DNA of 64,000 nucleotides from Nitrospinales bacterium (GCA_965223345.1 CBDCWG010000012.1:2080001-2144000); one strand, 5' to 3'. Positions 38,447 through 50,315 are shown, numbered from the stretch's first letter. The notes: generated by a model from the sequence alone, not told the origin. Translations and numbers: made by a program.

Positions 38447-41400
38447 ATGACATCTCCCACAAATTTCGTTCATCTGCACCTGCACACGATGTACAGCCTG
38501 CTGGATTCCTCGATCCGGCACGACGCCCTGTTCCAGCGCGCCGCGGAATACGGCATGCCGGCGGTCGCCATGACCGACCACGGCAACCTGTTCGGGGCGG
38601 TGGAGTTTTACAACGGGGCGAGAAAACACGGGCTCAAACCGATCATCGGCTGCGAGGTGTACGTCGCGCCCGAGAGCCGGCTGGAGAAGAAAACCAACCA
38701 CCACCTGCGCGACGCCTCCTACCATCTCATCCTGCTGGCGGAAAATGACAAGGGCTACAAAAACCTGCTGCGCCTGGTCACCTCGGGATACCTGGAAGGG
38801 TTTTACTACAAACCGCGCATCGACAAGGAGCTGCTGGCCGAGCACGCCGAAGGACTGATCGCGCTCAGCTCCTGCGGCCGGGGCGAGGTGGCCTACAACC
38901 TCAACAAGGAAAACTTCCCGCGCGCGGTGAAGACCGCCGAGCAGTACCGCGATATCATGGGACCGGACAATTTTTTCCTGGAACTGCAATACCACAAGCA
39001 GGACTACCAGGAGAAAGTCAACCGGGAGCTGATCCGCCTGGGGGAAAAACTGTCGCTGCCGGTGGTGGCCACCAACAACTGCCATTACCTGGAGCGCGGC
39101 GATTTCCGGGCGCACGAGATCTTGTTGTGCCTGCAGACCGGAAAGACCATCAGCGACCAGTACCGCATGCAGTATCCCTCGGATGAATACTATTTCAAAT
39201 CCCCTGAGGAGATGATCGAGCTGTTCAAAGACGTTCCGGAGGCGATCGCAAACACGCTGAAGATCGCCGAACGCTGCGAGGTGGAATTCGATTTCGACAA
39301 GCTCAACCTGCCCGAGTATCCGGTGCCGGAGAGCTACACGCTGGAAACCTATCTGGAGGAACGGTCGCGCGAGGGGCTCAAGGAACGGCTGGACTGGATG
39401 CGGGAGCTGGGCGACGAGCCGGATGTGGCCGCCTACGAAGCGCGCCTGGACGAGGAACTGGGCATCATCCGCCGCATGGGCTATCCGGGCTATTTTCTCA
39501 TCGTCTGGGATTTCATCCACCATGCGAAGGAACGCAACATCCCGGTGGGTCCGGGCCGCGGCTCGGCGGCGGGCAGCGTCGTCGCGTACGCGCTCAAGAT
39601 CACCGACATCGATCCTCTAAAGTACGGCCTGCTGTTCGAGCGTTTTTTGAATCCGGAACGGGTGAGCATGCCCGATATCGACATCGACTTCTGCATCCAG
39701 GGCCGGGATGCGGTGATTCAGTACGTGACGGAAAAATACGGCGGTAACCAGAACGTGTCGCAGATCATCACGTTCGGCAGCATGAACGCCAAGGGCGTGC
39801 TGCGCGACGTGGGCCGGGTGCTCGACATGACCTACGGCGAGGTGGACAAGATCGCCAAGCTGGTGCCCAACCGGCTGAACGTGACGCTGACCGATGCGAT
39901 CAACGAGGAACCGCGCTTCAACGAAATGCGCAAGGAAAGCGAAAAAGTGGCGGAGCTTCTGGACATCGCGCGTTCGCTGGAAGGGCTGCCGCGCCATTGC
40001 TCGACGCACGCGGCGGGGGTGGTGATCTCTTCCCAGCCGCTCACCAAGTTTCTGCCGCTCTACAAGGGCGGCAACGACGAGGTGGTGACCCAGTTTTCCA
40101 TGGGCAGCGTGGAAAAGCTGGGCATGCTCAAGATGGATTTCCTCGGCCTCAAGACGCTGACGGTCATCGACATGGCGTTGAAGCTGATCAAACAGTCGCG
40201 CGACCTCGATCTGGATATCAGCGCCATCCCCTATGACGATGCCAAAACGTACAAGCTGTTGAGCGACGCCAGGACGCTGGGCGTGTTTCAGTTGGAAAGT
40301 TCGGGGATGCGGGACCTGCTGAAAAAAATGAAGCCCGATTGTTTCGAAGACATCGTCGCGCTTCTGGCTTTGTACCGGCCCGGTCCGCTGGAGTCGGGTA
40401 TGGTGGACACCTACATCAAGTGCAAGCACGGAACCGAGCGAGTGCAGTACGAGCTGCCGCAACTGGAAAAGATCCTGAGGGAAACGCACGGCGTGATCCT
40501 CTATCAGGAGCAGGTCATGAACATCGCCAGCGCGCTCGCGGGTTTCACGCTGGGGGATGCGGACCTTCTGCGCCGCGCGATGGGCAAGAAAAAGCCCGAG
40601 GAAATGGCGGCGCAGCGGGAAAAATTCATGCAGGGCAGCAAGAAAAACGAGATCCCCGACAAGAAAGCGGACAAGATCTTCAACCTGATGGAAAAGTTTT
40701 CCGGTTACGGTTTCAACAAGTCGCACAGCGCCGCCTACGCGCAGATCTCCTACCAGACCGCTTACCTGAAGGCGCATTACCCGCTGGAATTTTTCGGCGC
40801 GCTGATCACGGGCGACATGGACAACACGGACAAGGTCCTGCGCTACATCCACGATTGCCGGGAGATGGGCATCCAGGTGCGGCCGCCGGATGTGAACGCC
40901 AGCACCAAGGATTTTTCCATCGTGGAAAACCAGCTGCTGTTCGGGCTGGGGGCGATCAAAAACGTCGGCACGGCGGCGATCGAATCGATCATCGAAACGC
41001 GCAAGGAGCACCAGCGGTTCGCCTCGTTCAAGGAGTTCTGCGAGTTCGTCGATCTCAGGCAGGTCAACAAGCGCGTCATCGAGAGTCTCATCAAAAGCGG
41101 CGCCTGCGATTCGTTCGGCGAGAGCCGCGCCGTCATGATGCGGGATCTGCAGGCGACGATGGAGATGGCGCAGTCCAAGCAGCGCGACCGGCAACTGGGG
41201 CAGTCGAGCATGTTCGAAGTGTTCGAGGAGCAGATGGAAGCGGAGCCGCAAACCGAACAGCAGGATGAGGAGTGGAGCGAGCAGGAACGGCTGAAGTTCG
41301 AGAAGGAGACCGTCGGTTTTTACATCACGGGCCATCCGTTGCAGCGCTTCGCCAAAGACATCGCCTGGTTCACCGACGCGACCTCGGCCAGCATCGCGGA

Positions 41401-41911
41401 ATCCCCGAGCAATGCCGCGGTGCGCATCGCCGGAATCCCCATCAAGGTGCTGCCGAAGACCACGCGCAAAGGCGACAAGATGGCCATCGTGACGTTCGAG
41501 GATCTGCAGGGTTCGATCGACGTGATCCTCTGGCCGGAAACCTACGCCGCCTCAGAGAGCCTGCTGCACATCGAAGAGCCGCTGCTGGTCACCGGGACGG
41601 TGGATTCGGAAGGCAACCTGCCCAAAGTGATCGCGAATCAGGTCGCGCCGCTGGCGGAGGTCAAGAGTCACTGGAAGGGCAAGGTGCACATCCATCTGCG
41701 CACGCCCGGACTCGAGCGGCAGACGCTGCTGGAGGTGAAGAACATCCTTGCGGCGCACAAAGGAAAAAACGAAACCTTCCTGCATTTCATCTTTCCCGAC
41801 AACAAGGTGAAGATCCTCAGTGTGGATCACGATCTGCGCATCCAGCCTTCCGACGGGGTGGTGGAGGAAATCGAAGCCCTTCTGGGTGAGGACGCCATCC
41901 GCTTCGAATAG
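38447..41911 (+). CDS. dnaE: DNA polymerase III alpha subunit
   Basis: FVHLHLHT.YSLLD, GRGSAAGS, PDIDIDF, YGFNKSHS; no intein evident. Confidence 0.98.
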   Translation: MTSPTNFVHLHLHTMYSLLDSSIRHDALFQRAAEYGMPAVAMTDHGNLFGAVEFYNGARKHGLKPIIGCEVYVAPESRLEKKTNHHLRDASYHLILLAENDKGYKNLLRLVTSGYLEGFYYKPRIDKELLAEHAEGLIALSSCGRGEVAYNLNKENFPRAVKTAEQYRDIMGPDNFFLELQYHKQDYQEKVNRELIRLGEKLSLPVVATNNCHYLERGDFRAHEILLCLQTGKTISDQYRMQYPSDEYYFKSPEEMIELFKDVPEAIANTLKIAERCEVEFDFDKLNLPEYPVPESYTLETYLEERSREGLKERLDWMRELGDEPDVAAYEARLDEELGIIRRMGYPGYFLIVWDFIHHAKERNIPVGPGRGSAAGSVVAYALKITDIDPLKYGLLFERFLNPERVSMPDIDIDFCIQGRDAVIQYVTEKYGGNQNVSQIITFGSMNAKGVLRDVGRVLDMTYGEVDKIAKLVPNRLNVTLTDAINEEPRFNEMRKESEKVAELLDIARSLEGLPRHCSTHAAGVVISSQPLTKFLPLYKGGNDEVVTQFSMGSVEKLGMLKMDFLGLKTLTVIDMALKLIKQSRDLDLDISAIPYDDAKTYKLLSDARTLGVFQLESSGMRDLLKKMKPDCFEDIVALLALYRPGPLESGMVDTYIKCKHGTERVQYELPQLEKILRETHGVILYQEQVMNIASALAGFTLGDADLLRRAMGKKKPEEMAAQREKFMQGSKKNEIPDKKADKIFNLMEKFSGYGFNKSHSAAYAQISYQTAYLKAHYPLEFFGALITGDMDNTDKVLRYIHDCREMGIQVRPPDVNASTKDFSIVENQLLFGLGAIKNVGTAAIESIIETRKEHQRFASFKEFCEFVDLRQVNKRVIESLIKSGACDSFGESRAVMMRDLQATMEMAQSKQRDRQLGQSSMFEVFEEQMEAEPQTEQQDEEWSEQERLKFEKETVGFYITGHPLQRFAKDIAWFTDATSASIAESPSNAAVRIAGIPIKVLPKTTRKGDKMAIVTFEDLQGSIDVILWPETYAASESLLHIEEPLLVTGTVDSEGNLPKVIANQVAPLAEVKSHWKGKVHIHLRTPGLERQTLLEVKNILAAHKGKNETFLHFIFPDNKVKILSVDHDLRIQPSDGVVEEIEALLGEDAIRFE

Positions 41912-41920
41912 CTTTGCGCC

Positions 41921-42562
41921 TCAGGCGGCCTGCATTTTTTCCCGGATGCGCTCGCGCAGGGCCTGCTCCAGAGCGCCTTGCGGATTGTGCGCCGGGTGAA
42001 ACGGGATCCTGAGTATTTTCCCTTGCCGCGATTCGATTCGAAGAGCCTGCACCCAGGCGCTACCGGTGAACAGGGCCGGCAGAAAAAACACCCGGTCGAG
42101 CGAGAGGGATTTCACCTCGGACCAGGGCAGGGCGGTCTTTGCGGCGCAGAAAGGCAGCTGCCATTTGGCGAAATGCATCGCCGCGCCCTGCGGGCTGAGC
42201 GTGACGAAATGGTTCCTGGGAAACAGCTCGCGGTTGCGGCACAGAAGCGTCATCGCCTTGAACAGCCCGTACAGCAGGGCCAGGATGACGCAGGTCAACA
42301 AAATGCGGTCGAGGTTGAAGGCCCCGGCCCGCAGGAGCAGAACCACCAGCCCCCAGGTCAGCGAGGCCATGAACAGGAGCAGGGGCGCCATCATGAAGCC
42401 GCCGTGAAAACGCATGCCCAGGCCCGGCAGACCCGCAGGAAGCACGACGGTGATGTCGTTTCGGGTGTCCAAAATGGCGGCGGTTTTTGCCTCGGCTTCG
42501 TTGTCCTGCAAAAAATCCAGCGCGATTTCATGGTCTTTCGCCTGCCAGGGGGGACGCGTCAT
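41921..42562 (-). CDS. hypothetical membrane protein
   Basis: Two TM segments; start uncertain (ORF opens at 42598). Confidence 0.6.
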   Translation of the reverse strand: MTRPPWQAKDHEIALDFLQDNEAEAKTAAILDTRNDITVVLPAGLPGLGMRFHGGFMMAPLLLFMASLTWGLVVLLLRAGAFNLDRILLTCVILALLYGLFKAMTLLCRNRELFPRNHFVTLSPQGAAMHFAKWQLPFCAAKTALPWSEVKSLSLDRVFFLPALFTGSAWVQALRIESRQGKILRIPFHPAHNPQGALEQALRERIREKMQAA

Positions 42563-42760
42563 GGTGTTTTTCCGCAGGAAAAGCCGCGCAAAACGCAAGG
42601 CGGGCGGCCGGCACGGGAGGCCGTGCCGATAATTTCTTGGGATTTGCGAACGGGTTTCACGCAGCCGGTATCTTTATTTTTAGGAATCTGAGGGCTCATG
42701 CGATAATGGTTGAAGATCATAACGGCATTTCACGCAAATGAAAACAAGAGAAAATCCCGC

Positions 42761-44077
42761 ATGAACCTGAATCTCGCCGAAGTCGCGACCCAAAATCACA
42801 CCGACGTGCTGGACAACGGGTTGACCGTGGTCACCGTGGAGATGCCGCAGGTCCACGCCATGGATCTGGTCATGTTCGTGCGCGCGGGTCTGCGCTTTGA
42901 AAACCCGGACAACAACGGCATCTCGCATTTTCTCGAGCACATGATGTTCCGGGGCAACCGCGACTATCCCACCTCTCTGCTGCTCAATCGCAAGTTCGAG
43001 ACGCTGGGGACCGATCTGCGCGCCTCGACGCTGAGCGAATACACCAGTTACGGTTTCAGCCCGCACCGCTCGCAGCTGGAACCCGCGATGCAGGCGTTCG
43101 CCGGTTTTTTCACGCATCCCACGTTTCCGCAGATCGAACTGGAACGGGAGATCATTCTGGAGGAATACCTGGAAGAGCTGAACGAGAAAGGCGAGAACGT
43201 GGACATCGACGATCTGGCCTGCCGGCTGCTCTACCGCGGCACACCGCTCGCCATGCCGACGGTGGGGACCGAACGCACGATCAAAGCCATCAACACGGAC
43301 ATGCTGCGGGATTATTTTGCGACCTACTACATTCCCAAAAACATGATCCTGGCTGCGGCGGGACCGATCGACCGCGACGTGTTTCTGGGGCTGGCGAAAA
43401 AATATTTTTCCGGATTCAAAAACAGCGGGACGGTCGTCGCGCCGGATCATTTCCAGGGCACGCTCGTGGAAAGCCAGACGGAGCCGCAGTTTTTGTTTCA
43501 GTACGACACCGACAGCCAGATCCAGTTGCAGATCTGCTTTCGCGCCATCTCATACAACCATCCGGACTATTACACGCTTTGCCTGCTCACCCGCATTTTC
43601 GACGACGGGTTCAGCTCGCGGCTGCAGCAGGCGGTGCGCGAGGACCGGGGGCTGGTGTATTCGGTGGACTGCCGCGCTACCTGCTGGTCGGATACGGGAA
43701 CGGTGGATTTCGACGCTTCGGTGCGCCCGGATAAAGTGCAGGAAGTGGCGCGCATCCTGTTTCAGCAGATCCGCTCTTTCATCGAGACGGGGCCGACCGA
43801 AGAGGAAGTGGATCACGTCAAGAAGCGCAGCTTTTTCGATCTGGACGTGGACCGCGACGATCCGTACAAACAGATCACCCGCCACGGGTTCCCGCTGCTG
43901 TACTCGTATGAGGTTTCCGTGGAAGAGGAATGGGCGATCCTCGAAAAAATCACCCGCCAGGACATCCACCGGCTGGCCCGGAAAATCTTCGTGCCGGAAA
44001 AACTCAACCTCGTCGTGGTGGGCCCCCACACGCCCGAGATCCAACAGGGGCTGGAAAACCTGGCCCGTTCGTTTTAA
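42761..44077 (+). CDS. M16-family (pitrilysin-like) zinc peptidase
   Basis: GISHFLEHMMF, EREIILEE, SSRLQQAVREDRGLVY. Confidence 0.92.
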   Translation: MNLNLAEVATQNHTDVLDNGLTVVTVEMPQVHAMDLVMFVRAGLRFENPDNNGISHFLEHMMFRGNRDYPTSLLLNRKFETLGTDLRASTLSEYTSYGFSPHRSQLEPAMQAFAGFFTHPTFPQIELEREIILEEYLEELNEKGENVDIDDLACRLLYRGTPLAMPTVGTERTIKAINTDMLRDYFATYYIPKNMILAAAGPIDRDVFLGLAKKYFSGFKNSGTVVAPDHFQGTLVESQTEPQFLFQYDTDSQIQLQICFRAISYNHPDYYTLCLLTRIFDDGFSSRLQQAVREDRGLVYSVDCRATCWSDTGTVDFDASVRPDKVQEVARILFQQIRSFIETGPTEEEVDHVKKRSFFDLDVDRDDPYKQITRHGFPLLYSYEVSVEEEWAILEKITRQDIHRLARKIFVPEKLNLVVVGPHTPEIQQGLENLARSF

Positions 44078-44103
44078 TCACTCTGCATCGGTTCCCTGAT
44101 TTT

Positions 44104-44919
44104 ATGAATTCGAATGGTTTTGTTTTCCGTTGCGCCGCCGTTTTGCTTTTCGGGTGGGTTCTTACCATGAGCGCGGGCTGCGGCGTTTCCGGAAAGGATG
44201 TGGAAAAATGTCTCGACAGCGGCGAATGCATCGCCGTGGTGGAGGTCCCGAAAATTTCAGAGGAGTTGCCGCTGGATCCGGCGGCGGCCTTGTGGAATGG
44301 CGAACAGAAAGGAATTTCGATCGACCTGGGCCCGCAGATGATCACCAACCCCAAGTGGCCCGACCCGTCCGTCAAGGCGGTGCGCGTGCAGGCCTTCCGC
44401 ACGTCGAGTGAGATGGCGATCCGCATCGAATGGCAGGATGCGACTCAGGACAGCCGCCCCGACCACACGGATTATTACACCGATCAGGCGGCGGTCATGT
44501 TTCCGCTTGAGCCGGGAAGCGAACCGCCGGCCATCATGATGGGAGCGGAAAACACGCCCGTCAACATCTGGCAGTGGAAAGCCATCTGGCAGCAGGGATT
44601 GCAGTCGAAAAAATCCCGCCGCGACCCCAATGCGGGCGGGGCGTCCGGCGGCACCGCGCGGCATTCCCCGGTGGAGGATCTGAACGCCGAGGGGTTCAGC
44701 ACGCTGACGACGCAGGAGGAGCAAAGCGTTTCGGGCAAGGCGGACCGCAAAGGCGACCGCTGGCGGGTGGTGTTCAAACGGTCCCTCACCAATTCGGACG
44801 AAAACGACGTGCAGTTTGAGCATTCGCTGCCGATGGCGGTGGCCATCTGGAACGGCGACAACCGCGAACGCAACGGTCAGAAAGGTATCGCGGGATGGAT
44901 CCTGCTGCGCTTCGTCTGA
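44104..44919 (+). CDS. EB_dh/DOMON heme-b protein (DMSO-reductase type II gamma-subunit-like) lipoprotein
   Basis: SAGC lipobox, DQAAVMFP, IMMG...PVNIWQWKA, AEGFSTLT, WNGDNRERNGQK. Confidence 0.85.
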   Translation: MNSNGFVFRCAAVLLFGWVLTMSAGCGVSGKDVEKCLDSGECIAVVEVPKISEELPLDPAAALWNGEQKGISIDLGPQMITNPKWPDPSVKAVRVQAFRTSSEMAIRIEWQDATQDSRPDHTDYYTDQAAVMFPLEPGSEPPAIMMGAENTPVNIWQWKAIWQQGLQSKKSRRDPNAGGASGGTARHSPVEDLNAEGFSTLTTQEEQSVSGKADRKGDRWRVVFKRSLTNSDENDVQFEHSLPMAVAIWNGDNRERNGQKGIAGWILLRFV

Positions 44920-44932
44920 CGTTGTTTGCGGA

Positions 44933-45865
44933 TCAAGTTGAATTCTTTCCCAGATTGTCCTTGAAGCGTTTGAACGTTTCGCGCAGGTAAGGCCCGAGAA
45001 CGGTGTTCAACTCCTGCGGCACCCAGTTGATTTTTTCCACCGGCCAGTCCTCGATTTTTTTGATGTCCAATCCGTGTTTGCCGTACGGACCCGCCAGCGC
45101 TTCTTCATACCCGTAAACCAGAGCGTTTGAATACACCCTGTGGAACTGCTCCTCGATCGCTTCCGGATCGTGCAGCCCGGCGAGGAACGCCTGGAACAAC
45201 TCCTCGATGATGGGGTTCGCGTGTTCCTCGAAGTCGGGAGTCAAAGCGGGTTTGAGCGTGAAATAAGTGATCAGGACATCCTGCAGGAGAAACTTCATCT
45301 CGTCACTGGCCCGTTTCCCCGGACGCTGGTTGAGGTCGAGCAGTTCCTTGAGCGCCATGACGTTGCGGACCGCATCGTAGATGATCGACTCCTCCCAGCT
45401 GGCCTCGTTCCACACGAAGAAGGCGCGGACGAATTTGATGCGGCCGGTCGTGTCCCACATCTGCAGCGTGGTGGTGGGTTTGACGCGGTTGCTGTAGGGG
45501 ATGGGTTCGCCCCAGTGCGGATCGACCAGATTCAGCGCGTGGCTTTTGAACACCGATTGAAACGTCTGATGGTACAGAACCATCAGGCGCTCGAAGTTTT
45601 CCTTGTCATCCAGGGGGCTGTTCTGCGGAAGGTTGACGATGCTGTACAGGCGCACCACGTTGGTGCGTGCGCGGCCGTCGTCCCCGGCGACCAGGTACGA
45701 GCCGCCCCACATGCCCGCGGTGATGGGAACCTCGATCCCGAATCGCTTCTGCATCGTGTCTGCAACGATGGCCGCGATGGCGCGGAAGGATTCGTGCAGA
45801 TAGTACAGATTGATTCGGCGATCGCGCGCAAAAAGCTGCTTGGGTAGAACGAGCTTTGAAGTCAT
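44933..45865 (-). CDS. conserved hypothetical protein
   Basis: 310-aa ORF with host-like codon usage; no recognised motif. Confidence 0.7.
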   Translation of the reverse strand: MTSKLVLPKQLFARDRRINLYYLHESFRAIAAIVADTMQKRFGIEVPITAGMWGGSYLVAGDDGRARTNVVRLYSIVNLPQNSPLDDKENFERLMVLYHQTFQSVFKSHALNLVDPHWGEPIPYSNRVKPTTTLQMWDTTGRIKFVRAFFVWNEASWEESIIYDAVRNVMALKELLDLNQRPGKRASDEMKFLLQDVLITYFTLKPALTPDFEEHANPIIEELFQAFLAGLHDPEAIEEQFHRVYSNALVYGYEEALAGPYGKHGLDIKKIEDWPVEKINWVPQELNTVLGPYLRETFKRFKDNLGKNST

Positions 45866-46030
45866 GTCTTGCCAGGGGTATAAGTCTCACCCTGACAAAA
45901 CCACGAAAGGAGGAGAAAAAACCGGTGGAAAAAAATGAAAATCAGTTCGTCAATTATTTTGCCGGTGGCCGTGTAAGCGGCAAATCGCTCGATACCAGCG
46001 GGCCGAGGTGTGTTTTCGTCTTCGCTGTGA

Positions 46031-47710
46031 TCAGTCCGTCACCGCCCCACGCGATGCGGAGGAAACGGCTTTCGCGTATTTGGCCAGAACTCCGGCTTTA
46101 TATTTGATCGGTGGGGCCGTCCAGTTCGATTTTCTCTTTGCAATTTCTTCGTCCGTCAGTTCCGCTTGCAGGACGTGGTTGTCCAGATCGACCGTGATGC
46201 GGTCGCCGGGTTCCAGCAGCGCGATCAGGCCGCCCGCCTGCGCTTCCGGCGCCACATGGCCGACGACGATGCCGTAGGTTCCGCCGGAGAACCGGCCGTC
46301 GGTGATGAGCGCCACCTTGTCCCCCAGGCCTTCGCCGACCAGGGCGGACGTGGGCGCCAGCATCTCGCGCATGCCCGGTCCGCCTTTGGGGCCTTCGTAG
46401 CGGATGACCACCACGTCGCCGGGCTGGATTTTCTTTTCCATGATCGCGTCCAGGCATTCCTCTTCTGAGTTGAAGATGCGCGCAGGCCCGGTGAGCTTGC
46501 GGGTCTGGATGCCGGAGATCTTGGCGACCGAACCTTCCGGGCTCAAGTTGCCCTTGAGGATGGCGAGGTGTCCTTCCTGTGATTTCGCCTTGTCAAAGGG
46601 AAGGATGACATCCTGATTCGCGTCGGGAAGATCGGGAACATTCTGTAAGTTTTCGGCGACGGTCTTGCCGGTGACGGTCAGGCAGTCCCCGTGGATGAGG
46701 CCCGCGTTGAGCAGCATCTTCATGACCTGCGGGATGCCTCCCGCGCGGTGCAGGTCGACGGTGACGTATCTGCCCGAGGGTTTCAGATCGCAGAACAGCG
46801 GCGTCTTCTTGCGGATCGTCTCGAAATCGTCGATTTTAAGATCGACGCCCACCGAATGGGCGATGGCCAAAAGATGCAGCACGGCGTTGGTGGAGCCGCC
46901 CACCGCCATCACCACGGCGATGGCGTTTTCCAGCGCCTTGCGGGTGAGGATGTCCTGCGGGCAGATGTTTTTCTCCAGCAAGGGGAAGAGCGCCGCCGCG
47001 CTCTCGCCGGTGTTGATCTCTTTTTCCTTGTCTTCGTTCGACATGGTGGAGCTGTAGGGCAGGCTCAATCCCATGGCTTCAATGGCGGAGGACATGGTGT
47101 TCGCCGTGAACATGCCGCCGCAGGAGCCGTAGCCCGGACAGGCGTTTTTTTCGATATTCGTCAACTGCGCCTCGTCGATGGTGCCGGCGCTGTACTGCCC
47201 CACGGCCTCGAACGCGCTGACGACGGTGAGATCCTTGCCGTCCAGATGTCCGGGCTTGATGGTGCCGCCGTAGACGAAGATGCTGGGAATGTCCAGCCGC
47301 GCCATGGCCATCACCGCGCCCGGCATGTTCTTGTCGCAGCCGCCGATGCAGATCACCGCATCGAGGTTCGCGGCGCGGCAGACCGTCTCGACCGAATCCG
47401 CGATCACATCGCGGCTGACCAGCGAGCATTTCATGCCTTCGGTGCCCATCGAGATGCCGTCGCTGACGGTGATGGTGCCGAACATCTGCGGCATGCCGCC
47501 GCGCTCGCGGATGGTCGCGGTCGCGACGTCGGCCAGTTTCCCGAGACCTGCGTTGCAGGGGGTGACATCGCTCTGTCCGTTGGCGACGCCGACGATGGGT
47601 TTGTCAAAGTCGGCATCGGTGAAGCCCACGGCGCGCAGCATGGCGCGGTTGGGGGCCCGTTTGTTTCCCTGGGTGACGACGCGGCTTTTGCGGTTGAGTT
47701 TTTCGGACAT
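46031..47710 (-). CDS. ilvD: dihydroxy-acid dehydratase
   Basis: [45 protein letters not shown]. Confidence 0.97.
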   Translation of the reverse strand: MSEKLNRKSRVVTQGNKRAPNRAMLRAVGFTDADFDKPIVGVANGQSDVTPCNAGLGKLADVATATIRERGGMPQMFGTITVSDGISMGTEGMKCSLVSRDVIADSVETVCRAANLDAVICIGGCDKNMPGAVMAMARLDIPSIFVYGGTIKPGHLDGKDLTVVSAFEAVGQYSAGTIDEAQLTNIEKNACPGYGSCGGMFTANTMSSAIEAMGLSLPYSSTMSNEDKEKEINTGESAAALFPLLEKNICPQDILTRKALENAIAVVMAVGGSTNAVLHLLAIAHSVGVDLKIDDFETIRKKTPLFCDLKPSGRYVTVDLHRAGGIPQVMKMLLNAGLIHGDCLTVTGKTVAENLQNVPDLPDANQDVILPFDKAKSQEGHLAILKGNLSPEGSVAKISGIQTRKLTGPARIFNSEEECLDAIMEKKIQPGDVVVIRYEGPKGGPGMREMLAPTSALVGEGLGDKVALITDGRFSGGTYGIVVGHVAPEAQAGGLIALLEPGDRITVDLDNHVLQAELTDEEIAKRKSNWTAPPIKYKAGVLAKYAKAVSSASRGAVTD

Positions 47711-47789
47711 GATCAAAAAACCGGATGCTCTGTAAAAGTAAATCGACCCATGATCATACAGCACCGATATCGGAATTGAAAATTTATTT

Positions 47790-49469
47790 TCAGACTGCGT
47801 TTTCGACCCGTTTCAGCGCGGGTTCCTGAATGTAGCCGGATTTATCCTTCGGATGGACGATAGCGTAGTAGCAGGGCGCATCGGCGGGAACCAGCCGGGC
47901 GCGGGAGCCCGTGATCTCGATTTCATGGCTGAACGCGACGCAGGGTGTGGTGTTGTCACCGTCCCAGGTTTTGCCCGGCGGGTTCGCCGGTCTGGCGATG
48001 TGGTTTTTGAGAAAGCCCGGCAAATGAAACACCCGCTGGGCAAACAGATAATCCAGTTTCAACAGATCCGCACCGAGGCGGTCGGCTTTCAGATTAAAGG
48101 TTTCGTAGAAGATCCGGTACTGCTGATCGAGCGAATGGGGGCGCAGCAACAGATCGTGCGTCTCCATGTATTCGAGCAGGCGGTGAAAAACCGCCGCGGC
48201 CGGCTCGGATTCCAGCAGGCGGTCGAGGGAAAAACGGAAGCGCTTGGAGTTGTAGAACAGATCGAACACCTCCGCGAAATTTTTAAGGTAAAGCAGCTGC
48301 TCCGCAGACAGGTCGCGGTTTGAGATCATTTCGTAGGGCGGGGTGGATTGAAATTCATACTGGTGGCTGTCGATCTGCTCGCGGATCGGCGCGCCGGGCA
48401 GAAATTTCAGAAAGCCGAGCTGCAATTCGTGCGGTTTCAATGCCAGCACCTCTTCGAAGGAATGCAGCATCTGCTCCAGGGTTTCTCCCGGCAGCCCGAA
48501 AATCAGATCGCAGTGAAAGTGAATGCGGTTTTGCTTTACCAGCCGGCGGAGGGCGGCGAACAGTTTGTCGTTGTTCTGGCGGCGCTGGATGGTTTTCTGG
48601 GTTTTGGGTTCGGTGGTCTGGATGCCGATCTCAAACTGGAACATGCCGGGGCGCACGGTCTCGAGAAAATCCAGCAGATCGGGGGTGAGGATGTCGCCCA
48701 CGATCTCGAAATGAAACGACGCGCCCGTGTGCTGTTCCAGCCGCCGCATCAGGGTTTTCATCCTGCCGGGGTTGAGGTTGAAGGTGCGGTCCACGAATTT
48801 GATGCGGCGCACGCCGGATTTGACCAGCATTTCGATCTGTTCGTGCATGAGGGCGTCGTCAAAGTACCGGACTTTCTTGTCGAGCGCGGACAGGCAGAAC
48901 GAGCAGAGGTAGGGGCAGCCGCGTGAAGTTTCCAGATAGGCGATGCGGTTTTTGAGCTGCGGCAGGTCTTCCTCGATGTAGGGGGGCGCGAGTTCCGGCA
49001 GGTCCGTGCCGTAGGTGCTCCAGCGCTTCAGCGTCTCGGCGGAAGGGGTTTCGCCGCGCCGGTGATGCTCCAGAAACTCCACCCATTTGTCTTCCCCTTC
49101 ACCCGCCAGCACGGTGCAGTGCGGCGGCAGTTGCGTCTCAAACGAGACTTCCGGGCCGCCCACGGCGATCTTGAGTTCGGGGTCGTGTTTTTTCAGCCGT
49201 TCGATCAGCTCGAAACTCTGGGCGCGGTTCCAGATGTAGACGCTGATTCCCAGAACCTCCGGTTTTTGTTTCAGGATCTGCGCGGCGATCTTCCAGGTGG
49301 GCTGCTGGATGATGTGTTCCTGGATCCAGGTGTTGGCGAAGCCCGCCCGGCGCGCGGCGTTCCTCAGATAGCGGAGGCTGAGCGAGGAATGGATGAATTT
49401 GGCGTTGAGGGTGACGAGCCCGATCGAGGGATCCATGCGCGAATGCCTGTGCGTGTTGTTTGCAGACAC
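47790..49469 (-). CDS. B12-binding radical SAM protein (DUF4080-type)
   Basis: [29 protein letters not shown]. Confidence 0.9.
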   Translation of the reverse strand: MSANNTHRHSRMDPSIGLVTLNAKFIHSSLSLRYLRNAARRAGFANTWIQEHIIQQPTWKIAAQILKQKPEVLGISVYIWNRAQSFELIERLKKHDPELKIAVGGPEVSFETQLPPHCTVLAGEGEDKWVEFLEHHRRGETPSAETLKRWSTYGTDLPELAPPYIEEDLPQLKNRIAYLETSRGCPYLCSFCLSALDKKVRYFDDALMHEQIEMLVKSGVRRIKFVDRTFNLNPGRMKTLMRRLEQHTGASFHFEIVGDILTPDLLDFLETVRPGMFQFEIGIQTTEPKTQKTIQRRQNNDKLFAALRRLVKQNRIHFHCDLIFGLPGETLEQMLHSFEEVLALKPHELQLGFLKFLPGAPIREQIDSHQYEFQSTPPYEMISNRDLSAEQLLYLKNFAEVFDLFYNSKRFRFSLDRLLESEPAAAVFHRLLEYMETHDLLLRPHSLDQQYRIFYETFNLKADRLGADLLKLDYLFAQRVFHLPGFLKNHIARPANPPGKTWDGDNTTPCVAFSHEIEITGSRARLVPADAPCYYAIVHPKDKSGYIQEPALKRVENAV

Positions 49470-49496
49470 TATAGCAGGGGGGGGAGCGCAAAAATG

Positions 49497-50315
49497 CTAT
49501 TTTTTCTGGCAGACCTTGCAGTGGAAGGTCGAGCGGCCGGAATGCACGGTGCGGACGATCGGCGTCGTGCAGCGCGGGCAGGGCTCGTTTTCTTTTCCGT
49601 ACACCGAAAGCTCAATGGCGAAATAACCGGGTGTGCCGTCGGTGCTGAAAAAATCCCGCAAGGTGGTGCCGCCCGAGGCGATGCTTTTTTTCAATGTTGC
49701 GCGCAACGCATCCAGAAGCCGCTGCCAGTCGCCGAGAGTCAGCCGGCCGGCGGTGCGCCAAGGATGCATGCCCGCCAGAAACAGCGATTCGCAGGCGTAG
49801 ATGTTGCCGACGCCCACCAGGCGCTTGGCGTCCATCAGGAAGGATTTGACCGGCGCTTTGCAGTTTTTGGCCAGGGTTTTGAGCGCCTTCGGCGTGGTGG
49901 TGCTCTCCAGCGGATCGAGTCCGAGGTGGTTCAGCAATTTGTGGCCCTGGTCTTTCGGAGCCCAGACGATGCAGCCGAAGCGCCGCGGGTCGATGAAATG
50001 CAGGTGCGTCTCCGGTTCGAACCGGAAGACCGCGTGCGTGTGTTTTTCCACCGGCTCCATCGACGGGTGCTGCGCAACGCGGCCGCTCATTCCCAGATGC
50101 CACACCATCGCGCCGCTTTCCGTGTGCAGCAGCAGGTACTTGCCCCGGCGGGTGATGTCGCGGATTCTCTTGCGGTCCAGCTCGCGGTTCAGGGTTTCCG
50201 TGGGGATGGGAAAGCGGATTTCGTTGCGGAAAAACCGCACCCGCGTGCAGGCCTTGTCGCGGACGATGGGAATAAGCGCGCGCCTCAGGGTTTCGACTTC
50301 GGGAAGTTCGGGCAT
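49497..50315 (-). CDS. mutM: formamidopyrimidine-DNA glycosylase
   Basis: MPELPEVE, RRGKY, HLGMSG, GNIY, C-terminal Zn finger. Confidence 0.97.
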   Translation of the reverse strand: MPELPEVETLRRALIPIVRDKACTRVRFFRNEIRFPIPTETLNRELDRKRIRDITRRGKYLLLHTESGAMVWHLGMSGRVAQHPSMEPVEKHTHAVFRFEPETHLHFIDPRRFGCIVWAPKDQGHKLLNHLGLDPLESTTTPKALKTLAKNCKAPVKSFLMDAKRLVGVGNIYACESLFLAGMHPWRTAGRLTLGDWQRLLDALRATLKKSIASGGTTLRDFFSTDGTPGYFAIELSVYGKENEPCPRCTTPIVRTVHSGRSTFHCKVCQKK

